64,000 nucleotides of DNA. Source: Isurus oxyrinchus. Lineage: Eukaryota. The notes under the pieces are model-generated. The model searched no databases, was not told the origin of the DNA, and saw only the letters and a program-made list of their open reading frames with translations. How positions within the stretch are numbered: position 1 is the first letter of the stretch; each line of letters opens with the position of its first letter. Below, in pieces: positions 12,235 to 22,900 of the stretch. The translations under genes were made by a program, and so were the position numbers. Location: positions 22,196,001 to 22,260,000 of the forward strand of contig JANJGN010000030.1 of assembly GCA_026770705.1 (NCBI GenBank). The letters are read 5' to 3'.

Positions 12235-12645
12235 GATTAGCCTGGAGAAGTTGAGGCTGCTCTCCTTCGAGTACAAGGAGATTGAGGATAGATCTGATCG
12301 AGGTGTGCAAGATCATGACAGGTTTGGATAAGGTGGACAAAGAAAAGCCGTTCCCATTGGCTGAGGGCACAAGACTGGGAGGACACAGATTTAAGGTTTT
12401 GGGCAAGAGATGCAGTGGGGGGAACTTGTATTACTCAGCGAGTGGTAATGACCTGGATCTTGCTACCTACGAGGGCACTGGAAGCGGAGACGATCAATGA
12501 TTTCAAAAGGAAATTGGATGAGCACTTGAGGGAAATACATGGCTACGGGGGATAGTAGAGGGGAATGGGACTGACTGGATTGCTCTCAAGAGCCAACCTG
12601 ATAGGCCAAATGGCCTCCTTCTGTGCCCTTATGACTCTATGAGTT
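12235..12645 (+). mobile_element. CR1 LINE 3' fragment
   Basis: DLIEVCKIMTGLDKVDKEKPFPL motif, CR1 3' UTR and ATGACTCTATGA tail. Confidence 0.85.
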
Positions 12646-13227
12646 TTATCCTCACTCAACACCTACACAAGCCAGACATCAATCTGGAGCAAACTGCTGT
12701 TTCTTGTTTGGCCCAGGGGCTTGGGAAGAAATGATTACAACTGGAATTCAACGCAGGCCAAAGGTGAAGTCAGGGACTTTCCTGGCCTGTGTGGCTGAGT
12801 TTCAGCTCCCTAATTTTCAGCTGGAGCCCAAGGTCCAAGCGAGAAGGACATGGTCTAGATCCAGGCAGGCATTATTGGTTGCAAAACTTTTGGCTTCCTC
12901 GACTGCCTCCATGAAGCCTCTCTGCGTCTCTCCTTTCCACTTTCCTCTTTACTTTTAAAAGCGTTTCTTAAAGCCCAATTTACAAAGCTATTGGTCACCA
13001 TCTCCTAACTTTTGCACAAAGGATCAGCATCTACTGGGGTTAGAAGACCATCTTGGGGGGAAGGCGGCGGGGGGTGTGTGCTGAGAAGCCTATCACTAAA
13101 CAGGATGTGTCACATCACAAACATGCTAGACACAACTGAGTATCGGACAGGGACTAATGGGATGGTCAGTTTGATTTCTCTCATTTTACTATACCGTTCC
13201 AAGGTGAATCTCTATCCTGTGTTATTA

Positions 13228-13400
13228 TGGGTGGTCTTAGGCACAATGGTAGCATCTCTGCCTCTGGACCAAAAGTTCAGGGTTCAAATCGCACCCAAGA
13301 CTTGTTAGCCATGGAAGGAGCAGTCATGACGCTGTTCAACAAGCTGATAATCAGCCCAGGAATGCTTCCGCCACCTTCCCACTATTCCCTAAAGGGGAAA
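13228..13400 (+). mobile_element. tRNA-head SINE-like repeat (family also at 25833, 30255, 32218, 55883)
   Basis: GGTAGCATCTCTGCCTCTG..GGTTCAAATC B-box-like head, repeated in at least five places. Confidence 0.5.
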
Positions 13401-13774
13401 AGTGTGAAGACATGCTTAAAAAAAAAACCCATAGTATTTATATTTTCCTCCCAATTGTATATTTTATATCTCAGATCTATACAGAGATGGCACTAGTTTC
13501 TATGTCTGTAACAGGTTAAATTCACAGTGCTCTAAAATGTCTACTCCATGCTTCAGCTCTGGATTCCAGCTCTTTCTGCAGCTTTGTTTACTTTTCTCTG
13601 AGTCCAGACCCAGGTTTAACTAATCAAGCACAATGAGTATCAATAGTCAACAGACTCACATAATCAACCACAGAACAACTGAACACTGCACTTCCTTCTC
13701 TGTAAAGCACCTTGAGAGATTTTCCACCACAAAAGTTCTGATCAAATGGAAATTGTTTTCTTGAAATAGGGGGA

Positions 13775-14230
13775 GAAAGAACTTGTATTTATATAGCACC
13801 TTTCATGAGCACAGAATGTCTCAATGTACTTTATAACCAATGAAGTATTTCTGACATATAGTTGCTTTTGTAATCTAGGAAACGAGGCAGCTAATTTGCG
13901 CACAGCAAGTTCCCACAAACAGCAACCAGATCATGACAGATCATTTGTTTTTGGTGATGTTGAGGGATAAATAGAGGACAGGACATGAGGGTTAACTCCC
14001 CTGCTCGTTGTGGAATAGTTGCCATGGGATTTTGTAACCCTACCTGAGAGGGAAGACGGGGCCTTGGATTAACATCTCATTCAAAAGATGGCATCTCTGA
14101 GAGGGCAGCAGTCCCTCAGAACTGCACAGGAAGAGACATGTTAAATCTAGTACTCAAGTCTCTGGAGGAAGAGTTGAACCCACAACCTTCTTGGTGAAAG
14201 GCAAGAGTGATACCCACTCAACGCCAAGGG
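13775..14230 (-). mobile_element. DeuSINE (SacSINE1-like), near full length
   Basis: Reverse complement of tRNA-like head, Deu domain (GATCCCATGGCACTATT-like) and GGTGCTATATAAATACAAG tail. Confidence 0.8.
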
Positions 14231-14244
14231 AGGTAAATTGACAT

Positions 14245-15228
14245 AAAAACAAAAAGATTGTTGGAAATACTCAGCAGGTCAGGAGCATCTACAGAGAGAA
14301 ACAGAGTTAATGTTTCAGATCATGATAACCCACAGAACTGAAGAAAGATAGAAGTGTAAGCACTTTTAAGTCAGTGGAAAGATGGGGGAGGGGTCAGGAA
14401 GAACAGAAGAGAAGCTCTGCATTAGGGTGGAGATCTTGAGAGATTAAATGACAAAAGATTTGATGATACAACAGCCAAAGAGAGCGGTAATGGGTATAGA
14501 AAAGAAACAAAGGTTGTGTCCAAATAAGGCATGAATGGTTACATAGCAACAATCTGAATGGAAAAGAAACAAGGCCAACCCAAGAAAACCAGAAGAAAAA
14601 TATATATAAAACAAGATGAAGATGGAAGTTCTGATCTAAAGTCAAGGTTCTTAGGGGGCGTGAGAGAGTAGATGCTGAGAGGTTGTTTCCTCTTGTGGGA
14701 GAGTCTAGGACCCAAGGGTGTAATCTCAGAGTAAGGGGCCGTCCATTTAAGACAAAGACGAGGAGGAATTTCTTCTCTCAGAGGGTAGTCAATCTGTGGA
14801 ATTCTTTACCTCAGTGGGCTGTAGAGGCTGGGTCATTAAATATATTCAAGCCTGAGATAGAGATTTTTAATCAGTGAGGGAATCAAGGGTTATGGGGAAA
14901 AGGCAGGAAAGTGGATTTGAGGATTATCAGATTAGCCATGATTTCATTGAATGGGGGAGCAGGCTCGATGGGTCGAATGGCCTACCTCTTCCCCTACGTC
15001 TTATGGTAACTCAGTGTTGTGTTGAGAAAGCTGTTGGGTGCCCAGTCAAAAGATAAGCTGCTGTACCTCAAGTTTGGTTTGAGCTTCACTGGGACACTGT
15101 AACAGGCCAAGGACAGAAAGGTTAGATTGGGAGCAAGGTGGAAAATTAAAATAACAAGCACCTAGAAGCTCAGGGTCATGGACTGAACGGATTTCAGATT
15201 TCCAGCATCTGCAGTTCTTTGCTTTTAA
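14245..15228 (-). mobile_element. Penelope-like family A element interrupted by CR1, with inverted tail
   Basis: Reverse pLTR at 14245-14640. Minus-strand GIY-YIG remnant LSVLGLL..SEAQ.KLEVQQLIF*LGTQQ at 15010-15125. Forward-orientation tail GATTTCCAGCATCTGCAGTTCTTTGCTTTT at ~15195-15228. Confidence 0.7.
14645..15005 (+). mobile_element. CR1 LINE 3' fragment
   Basis: FPLVGESRTQGCNLRVRGRPFKT..RNFFSQRVVNLWNSLPQ. Confidence 0.9.
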
Positions 15229-15309
15229 CGTTTGAGTTCAGCTGACAACTTTATCTTCAGAAGAGCTATTGAACACTTCCTGTTAACGTCTCTCTTGCTC
15301 TCTCCGCAG

Positions 15310-15439
15310 TATCGGTCACAATGAGGTTATCGGGATGTGTTGTGTGGGCAATGATGCTGATGGACCAGGTCGAGAGCACTGGAACGAAATGTTGGCCAAC
15401 CCACGTAAGCCCATTGAACAATGGCACCAGCTGATTGAG
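15310..15439 (+). CDS. SYT3: Synaptotagmin-3, penultimate coding exon (end of C2B domain)
   Basis: Polypyrimidine..CCGCAG acceptor and GAG|GTGAGC donor. Translates (C)[43 protein letters not shown], matching human SYT3 [37 protein letters not shown] as I recall it. Confidence 0.93.
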
Positions 15440-15606
15440 GTGAGCTTGAGGCCCTCCGGATAGCTTGGCTGCATTCTTCGGGAGTTGTGTATTGTTGAGA
15501 AATTGGCAGTGTTTGACACAGAGCAGGGAGAGTCTTAACAATCAGTCTAGAGTTTTAAACTCATTCCAATTTTCCATCTCTGTTCTATTTCTTATTTATC
15601 CCTCAG

Positions 15607-15705
15607 GAAAAATTGATGAATAGTTACATGACAAAGAGTTACACCACCAGTACTGGTGCCACCAAAGCAGTTAGCATTGTGGTGGAGAGTCCTCATTCAG
15701 ACTGA
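15607..15705 (+). CDS. SYT3: Synaptotagmin-3, last coding exon (C-terminal tail)
   Basis: Acceptor TTATCCCTCAG after a 167-bp intron, phase 0. Translates EKLMNSYMTKSYTTSTGATKAVSIVVESPHSD*. The WHQLxE|EK junction is SYT3-like. Exon continues to 15729, followed by AAG|GTGAGT. Confidence 0.88.
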   Translation, partial: EKLMNSYMTKSYTTSTGATKAVSIVVESPHSD

Positions 15706-15898
15706 GAGTCTTACCATACACCATATAAGGTGAGTGCTTCCTTCCCCGTTGGGCCAGGCAAGAGAAAATAGAGGGGTTGGAATAATCAACAGTGTGATGG
15801 AATGAAGGAGAGAATGAAACATAGATGTTATGACATGGCAGAGGAATTCTGCCACGTGGACCAAATGATGCTATCACAACGGTTTTGCAATTTATGTT

Positions 15899-16723
15899 TA
15901 TTATGAGAAGGTGTGTGCACTGAATTTAGAAGTAATGAAGTAATGAATCCACCAAGACCTTTAGTTAAAATATTTATTAACAAAATAAAAGATTTCAAGC
16001 ACATACATATGACTCAATTACTTATTACTATAACAAATCCTAAAATTCTTAATTGACCTGACTCCCAGTTACACACACTTCTTTAAGGCAACAGTCCAAA
16101 ATAGATTTTAGATTTAAAACGAACCCAGCAAGTTAACACAGTGGAATTCCAAATGGTTCGTCTCTAACTTCAGTTACTTTACACAGCAGACTTATGCACA
16201 AATGGCTGGAGGCTTCTTGAAGGCTTTTTCACACACTGCTGTTAGATCTTACATGCCCTTTTCTCATATAGTCTTTCATTCTCCTTTATATATGTTTCTC
16301 CCTCTTTAATATGTAAATTCTATTGTTCCATATGCCTTTGAAACTGTATCTTCCTCATAATATAAAAATCTTTCATGTTGCCAATATTGTCTGTAACCTT
16401 TGGGAAAATAAACACACTCCTTAGCCTTGTTTATCTAGCTAGTTGTAAACAGACTAACATCCCTTTGAAATCCAACAATCCCTTCATTTATCTAAAAATG
16501 CAAATTCCCTTCACACTTTACATGCTAAGCTAGCATCCATGTTTACTCATTAGCATGTCAAACACATTTCTATACCTAGCTTCTTTTGATGATTTCAAGC
16601 TTGCAGTCTTCTTGGCTCCAAATGTAATTAAATCACAGAGACCCATCTATACTTACCCCCATAAACCTACTTCACAACAAACCAGAGAAATATTATGAAA
16701 ATTATTATATTTTTATCATAATA
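15899..16723 (-). mobile_element. Probable solo LTR
   Basis: Inverted termini TATTATGA..TCATAATA resemble the TGTTATG..CATAAC ends of the LTR at 59291-60355. TTTATT (minus-strand polyA signal) lies near the left end. No TSD found. Confidence 0.45.
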
Positions 16724-17245
16724 GAACACTAATTAGGACACAGCTAGAGTACTGCGTAATGTTCTGGTCAACCCATTACAAAATTAAATGTGATCACACT
16801 AGAGAGGGTAGAGAGGAAATTTATCAGGACAGGAATGAGGAATCTTGTGATGAGAGAGGATTTGATATGCTGAGGGGAGATTTAATTGAGGTGTAGAAAA
16901 TTATGAGGGGTCCAGGCAGAATAGACGGGCAGGGCATATTTCCCTTTGCAGAGAGAAATCAATAACCAGGGCAGATAGATTTAAAGTAATTGGTGGGAGG
17001 ATTAGAGCGGAATTGAGTAATCTTTTTCACCCAGAGGGTGGTGAGGGGTCTGGAACCCATTGCCTGAAAGGGTTGTGGAGGCAGAAACCTTCATTGCACT
17101 TTAAAAAAACACTTGGATATGCACTTGGGACACTGTAGCCTACAGGACTATGGGCAAAGAGTTAGAAAATGGCTGGTTCTTCATCAGCCAGCAAGGGCAT
17201 GATGGGCTGAATAGCCTCCTTTAGTGCTGCCAATGTTCCTATATG
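16721..17245 (+). mobile_element. CR1 LINE 3' fragment
   Basis: CAGCTAGAGTACTGC..TTCTGGTC..TTTTTCACCCAGAGGGTGGTG, homologous to 45810-46380. Confidence 0.8.
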
Positions 17246-17324
17246 CTTCCACATCTAACAGAGAGAGATGAAGGTAGAGGAATAAATGGAGTGAAAGGAG
17301 AGTCAGACACAATGACATTCACAG

Positions 17325-17657
17325 GATGGTGGTGTTGTGTTAATGTCTCTGGACTAGTGATCCAGAGACCCAGGCTAATCCCACCATTGCTGCTGGTAGA
17401 GTTTGAATTCCATTAATTAAAAAAAAAATCTGGCATATAAATCTAGTTTCATGACCATAAAACTATCAGCAGTATTGTAAAAATCCATCTGGTTCATTAA
17501 CATCCTTGAGGAAAGAAACCTGCCATCCTGGTTTGGCCGACATGTGACTCCAGACCCACAGCAATGTGATTGACTCTTAGCTGTCCCCTGCAAGCCACTT
17601 AGTTCAAGGGATGGGCAACAAATGCTGGCCTTGCCAGGGATGCCCACATCCCATGAA
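17325..17657 (+). mobile_element. tRNA-derived SINE sharing its 3' tail with the Crack/Daphne-like LINE
   Basis: Head GGTGGTGTTGTGTTAATGTCTCTGGACTAG, core CCATCTGGTTCA..CATGTGACTCCAGACCCACAGCAATGTG, tail GGGATGGGCAACAAATGCTGGCC..CCCACATCCCATGAA. Confidence 0.8.
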
Positions 17658-17864
17658 GCAGGGTAGCAGAGATTTAAAGTGACAAAAATGGTAAGGTTAG
17701 AGAGAGTGAGGTGAATTCAATAGTGGAAGTTAGAGAAGGTGACTGTTAGCAATAGCTGTGTATTTGTGATGGAGGCAGACAGCGATAGGTTTCTGTGATA
17801 AATAGGAACAGCAATAATCTAGTTACTTCAGTTTCATCCTCTCTGTCTTTTCTCTCTCCCACAG

Positions 17865-19015
17865 GGAACACAAGAAGCCAGCAGTGCTTTTTTTACTTTT
17901 CTTCAGTTTTAAAAATCCTTTCTTCATCGCGAAAGAGAGAAAGAAAGGGGGAAACAAAAACATACAAACTTCTGCATCCTGGTCGGAGGAGAGCGAGGAG
18001 GAGGGAAGTGGGCATGAAAGGAAGGGATAGACTCATAGATTAACCCATTGGTTCATCTAAAACCATATTCAACCAAATGTGTGCATTTGTGAAGGGGATG
18101 TCTGGGAGACCAACTCAGGACTGACTCCCGAGCCGGAACCGAGGTGAATGTTTGGAAGCGATGCAACTATGAAACCGAGTCTTTTGGAGCAAAGATAGCT
18201 TCATTTAGAGTGCATGTTTCACCATGTATGTCATGGATGCGTGTGGCTTGGGTAAGACCTATGTGAGTGGGAAATCGCTGGCCCACACCATAACCCCCGC
18301 CCACTTTCCTTTCATCATCCCCACCCCACCCCACACCCCCTCCCCACCCCACCCCACCCCACGACTTGGGGCTACATCACCAAGTCAAAACACGATCTAT
18401 TCTCTGCAAATTCCCACCAACCGGATGGATGGAGAGCTGTGCCGCCGGATATGGGTTCCCAGCCCGCGAATTTCAGAAGAATTTTTTTTCTAGAGTCAAT
18501 AACGTGTTTTCAAAAGCGTTGGAGACCAGGACTTCGGTCACATGGCAGCAACCTTGCTAAGTGAGATTCAAGTGGATTCAGTTGCCCAGGCCTCAGGGTT
18601 GGCGGGGGTGGGGCGGTGGTGTGGTGGGGTGGGGAGGGAGAGGGTCATTGTTAGGGAGAATTTCTATCCTAACCTGCCCATCAGAAAGCTGAAGGGGTTG
18701 GGTAAGACACTAGTTCTGCATTATTGCCAAATTTCACTCTCCTCTAGTCCATAAATGACTTGGGGCAAGACCCAGCTGATTCCTCACCCATCAAGGCAGG
18801 TTAAGATTACCACTATCTCCTGAGGTGGGAGTGAGAGGGGTCTCCAGTAGCCACCACCCCTCCTACCCTCCATGACCACCTCAAGCCCAGCCCAATGTGC
18901 CAACATCTGTTCTTTGTGAGTGCCATCCAGTTGATCCAAATGTTCATGAGAAGCGAACCACAAACTATTAGAACCAGAAAGCAGGTGTAAATAAAATGCC
19001 AAAACGTTTCATTAA
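17865..19015 (+). other. SYT3: Probable SYT3 terminal non-coding exon (3' UTR)
   Basis: Strong acceptor TTTCATCCTCTCTGTCTTTTCTCTCTCCCACAG pairing with the unused donor at 15730. Non-repetitive sequence; candidate AATAAA at 18990-18995. 3' end uncertain. Confidence 0.55.
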
Positions 19016-19933
19016 GATTTTTAACGAACCATCACCAACAGTGGAGCAAATATCAAGGGTCAGCCCACCCTGGTCCCATCCTGTTCCTTTCTAATTCCTT
19101 GCTAGAGTGCATCTTAATTATGTTAAATCCAAACTGACACCAACAGGCATTGAGTTCCTGCTAGTCTTTGACTACTTATGTTCAATAGGGCAGATCATTT
19201 GTGACAATCCAACTCACACATTCATAGCTGCACAGGTGCAGGAGGAGGCCATTCAGCCCCTTGATTCTGTTCCACCATTTAGTGGGATTATGGCTGGTCA
19301 TGAAGTCGTACATGGAGATAGAGGGAGTTCCACACAAAGGTCTGTTCTCAGGCTGGCAGGAGCCAAGCATTTGAAGCTACAACTGATAGAATAGGGACAT
19401 GTAAAAGTCATTGATCAGTCTTGTATTGTTTCAGAGAATATAGACATACAGTAACAGACACATCCCCTTTAAGAATCTCCCAAAAATGTTGGTTGTTGAG
19501 GGGGTGTTGGGGGGGCGGGGGGAAGGTGTAGATGGAGGAGGGTGTAGTGGTGGTATTTCTGCAGGATCACTCCCAGCTGCCCATCTGTTGTAATAGATGA
19601 TCAGGAAATCACACCCCCATCTCTCCCCCCATCTTCCAAAACACTCTGGTTCAGAAGGGATCTCTCTTGCCCCTCACTCAGAAGATTGTGGACTCAAGTC
19701 AACTCTGGGGACTTGAGCGCATGAAACAAGCTGACACTTTGAATAATGTTCTCACTTTTTGTTCTTCTCTCTTTGTGAAGAACATTTTCCCTCACTGACC
19801 AAATTGGACTTCCTCTCTTCCAGTGCGCTCCTGAAATGATACAGCGCCTCCCTCCCTCACCTCCACCCTCCCTAACTAACCCACTTAGCTATCCTACTTT
19901 TGAAAATGTCTTCGGCTACATAATAATTAAAAA

Positions 19934-22900
19934 CTGCAGTAACCCTTACCCTGCTGAATTATCTGCAACTCCACACAGTTACACAGTGAATGATCATTAC
20001 CCTGCTGAATTATCTGTAACTCCATACAGTTACACAGTGAATAACCCTTACCCTGCTGAATTCTCAGCAACTCCATACAGTTACACAGTGAATGATCCTT
20101 ACCCTGCTAAATTATCTGCAACTCCATACCGTTACACAGTAAATAATCCTTACCCTGCTGAATTCTCTGTAATTCCATACAGTTAAACAGTGAATAACCC
20201 TTACCCTGCTGAATTATCTGCAACTCAATACAGTTACACAGTGAATGATCCTTACACTGCTGAATTATCTGTAACTCCATACAGTTACACAGTGAATAAC
20301 CCTTACCCTGCTGAATTATCTGCAACTCAATACAGTTACACAGTGAATGATCCTTACGCTGCTGAATTATCTGTAACTCCACACAGTTACACAGTGAATA
20401 ACCCTTACCCTGCTGAATTCTCTGCAACTCCATACAGTTACACAGTGAATAACCCTTACCCTGCTGAATTCCCTGCAACTCCATACAATTAAACAGTAAA
20501 TAACCCTTACCCTGCTGGATTCTCAGCAACTCCGTACAGTTACACAGTAAATAATCCTGACCCTGCTGAATTCTCTGTAATTCCATACAGTTAAACAGTG
20601 AACAACCCTTACCCTGCTGAATTCTCTGCAACTCCATACAGTTAAACAGTAAATAATCCTTATCCTGCTGAATTTTCTGTAATTCCATACAGTTAAACAG
20701 TAAATAACCCTTACCCTGCTGAATTCTCAGCAACTCCATACAGTTACACAGTGAATAATCCTTACCCTGCTGAATTCTCAGCAACTCCATCCAGTTACAC
20801 AGTGAATAACCCTTACCCTGCTGAATTATCTGCAACTCAATACAGTTACACAGTGAATGATCCTTACGCTGCTGAATTATCTGTAACTCCACACAGTTAC
20901 ACAGTGAATAACCCTTACCCTGCTGAATTCTCTGCAACTCCATACAGTTACACAGTGAATGATCCTTACGCTGCTGAATTATCTGTAAATCCATACAGTT
21001 ACACAGTGAATAACCCTTACCCTGCTGAATTCCCTGCAACTCCATACAGTTAAACAGTAAATAACCCTTACCCTGCTGGATTCTCAGCAACTCCGTACAG
21101 TTACACAGTAAATAATCCTGACCCTGCTGAATTCTCTGTAATTCCATACAGTTAAACAGTGAACAACCCTTACCCTGCTGAATTCTCTGCAACTCCATAC
21201 AGTTAAACAGTAAATAATCCTTATCCTGCTGAATTTTCTGTAATTCCATACAGTTAAACAGTAAATAACCCTTACCCTGCTGAATTCTCAGCAACTCCAT
21301 ACAGTTACACAGTGAATAATCCTTACCCTGCTGAATTCTCAGCAACTCCATACAGTTACACAGTGAATAATCCTTACCCTGCTGAATTCTCAGCAACTCC
21401 ATACAGTTAAACAGTGAATGATCCTTACCCTGCTGAATTCTCAGCAACTCTATACAGTTAAACAGCAAATGATCCTTACCCTGCTGAATTCCCAGCAACT
21501 CCATACAGTTACACAATGAATAATCCTTACCCTGCTGAATTCTCAGCAACTCCATACAGTTAAACAGCAAATGATCCTTACCCTGTTGAATTCCCAGCAA
21601 CTCCATACAGTTACACAATGAATAATCCTTACCCTGCTGAATTCCCTGCAACTCCATACAGTTACACAGTGAATAATCCTTACCCTGCTGAATTCTCTGT
21701 AATTCCATACAGTTAAACAGTAAATAACCCTTACCCTGCTGAATTCTCAGCAACTCCATACAATTAAACAGCAAATAATCCTTACCCTGCTGAATTCTCA
21801 GCAACTCCATACAGTTAAACAGTGAATGATCCTTATCCTGCTGAATTCCCAGCAACTCCATACAGTAACACAATGAATAATCCTAACCCTGCTGAATTCT
21901 CAGCAACTCCATACAGTTAAACAGCAAATGATCCTTACCCTGTTGAATTCCCAGCAACTCTATACAGTTACACAGTGAATAATCCTTACCCTGCTGAATT
22001 CTCAGCAACTCAATACAGTTAAACAGCAAATGATCCTTATCCTGTTGAATTCCCAGCAACTCCATACAGTTACACAATGAATAATCCTTACCCTGCTGAA
22101 TTCTCTGTAATTCCATACAGTTACACAGTGAATAATCTTTACCCTGCTGAATTCTCAGCAACTCCATACAGTTACACAGTGAATAACCCTTACCCTGCTG
22201 AATTCTCAGCAACTCCATACAGTTAAACAGTGAATAATCCTTACCCTGCTGGATTCTCTGTAATTCCATACAGTTACACAGTGAATAATTCTTACCCTGC
22301 TGGATTCTCAGCAACTCCATACAGTTACACAGTGAATAATCCTTACCCTGCTGAATTCTCTGTAATTCCATACAGTTAAACAGTAAATAACCCTTTCCCT
22401 GCTGAATTCTCAGCAACTCCATACAGTTAAACAGTGAATGATCCTTACCCTGCTGAATTCTCAGCAACTCCATACAGTTAAACAGCAAATGATCCTTACC
22501 CTGCTGAATTCCCAACAACTCCATACAGTTACACAATGAATAATCCCTACCCTGCTGAATTCTCAGCAACTCAATACAGTTAAACAGCAAATGATCCTTA
22601 CCCTGCTGAATTCTCAGCAACTCCATACAGTTACACAGTGTATAATCCTTACCCTGCTGAATTCTCAGCAACTCCATACAGTTAAACAGTGAATAATCCT
22701 TACCCTGCTGAATTCTCTGTAATTCCATACAGTTAAACAGTAAATAACTCTTACCCTGCTGAATTCTCTGCAACTCCATACAGTTACACAGTGAATGATC
22801 CTTACCCTGCTGAATTCTCAGCAACTCCATACAGTTACACAGTGAATAATCCTTACCCTGCCGAATTCTCTGTATTTCCATACAGTTAAACAGTAAATAA

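Noticed and set aside
15266-15541. Minus-strand ORFs of 91 and 67 aa
   Set aside because: Antisense shadows of the real SYT3 exon.
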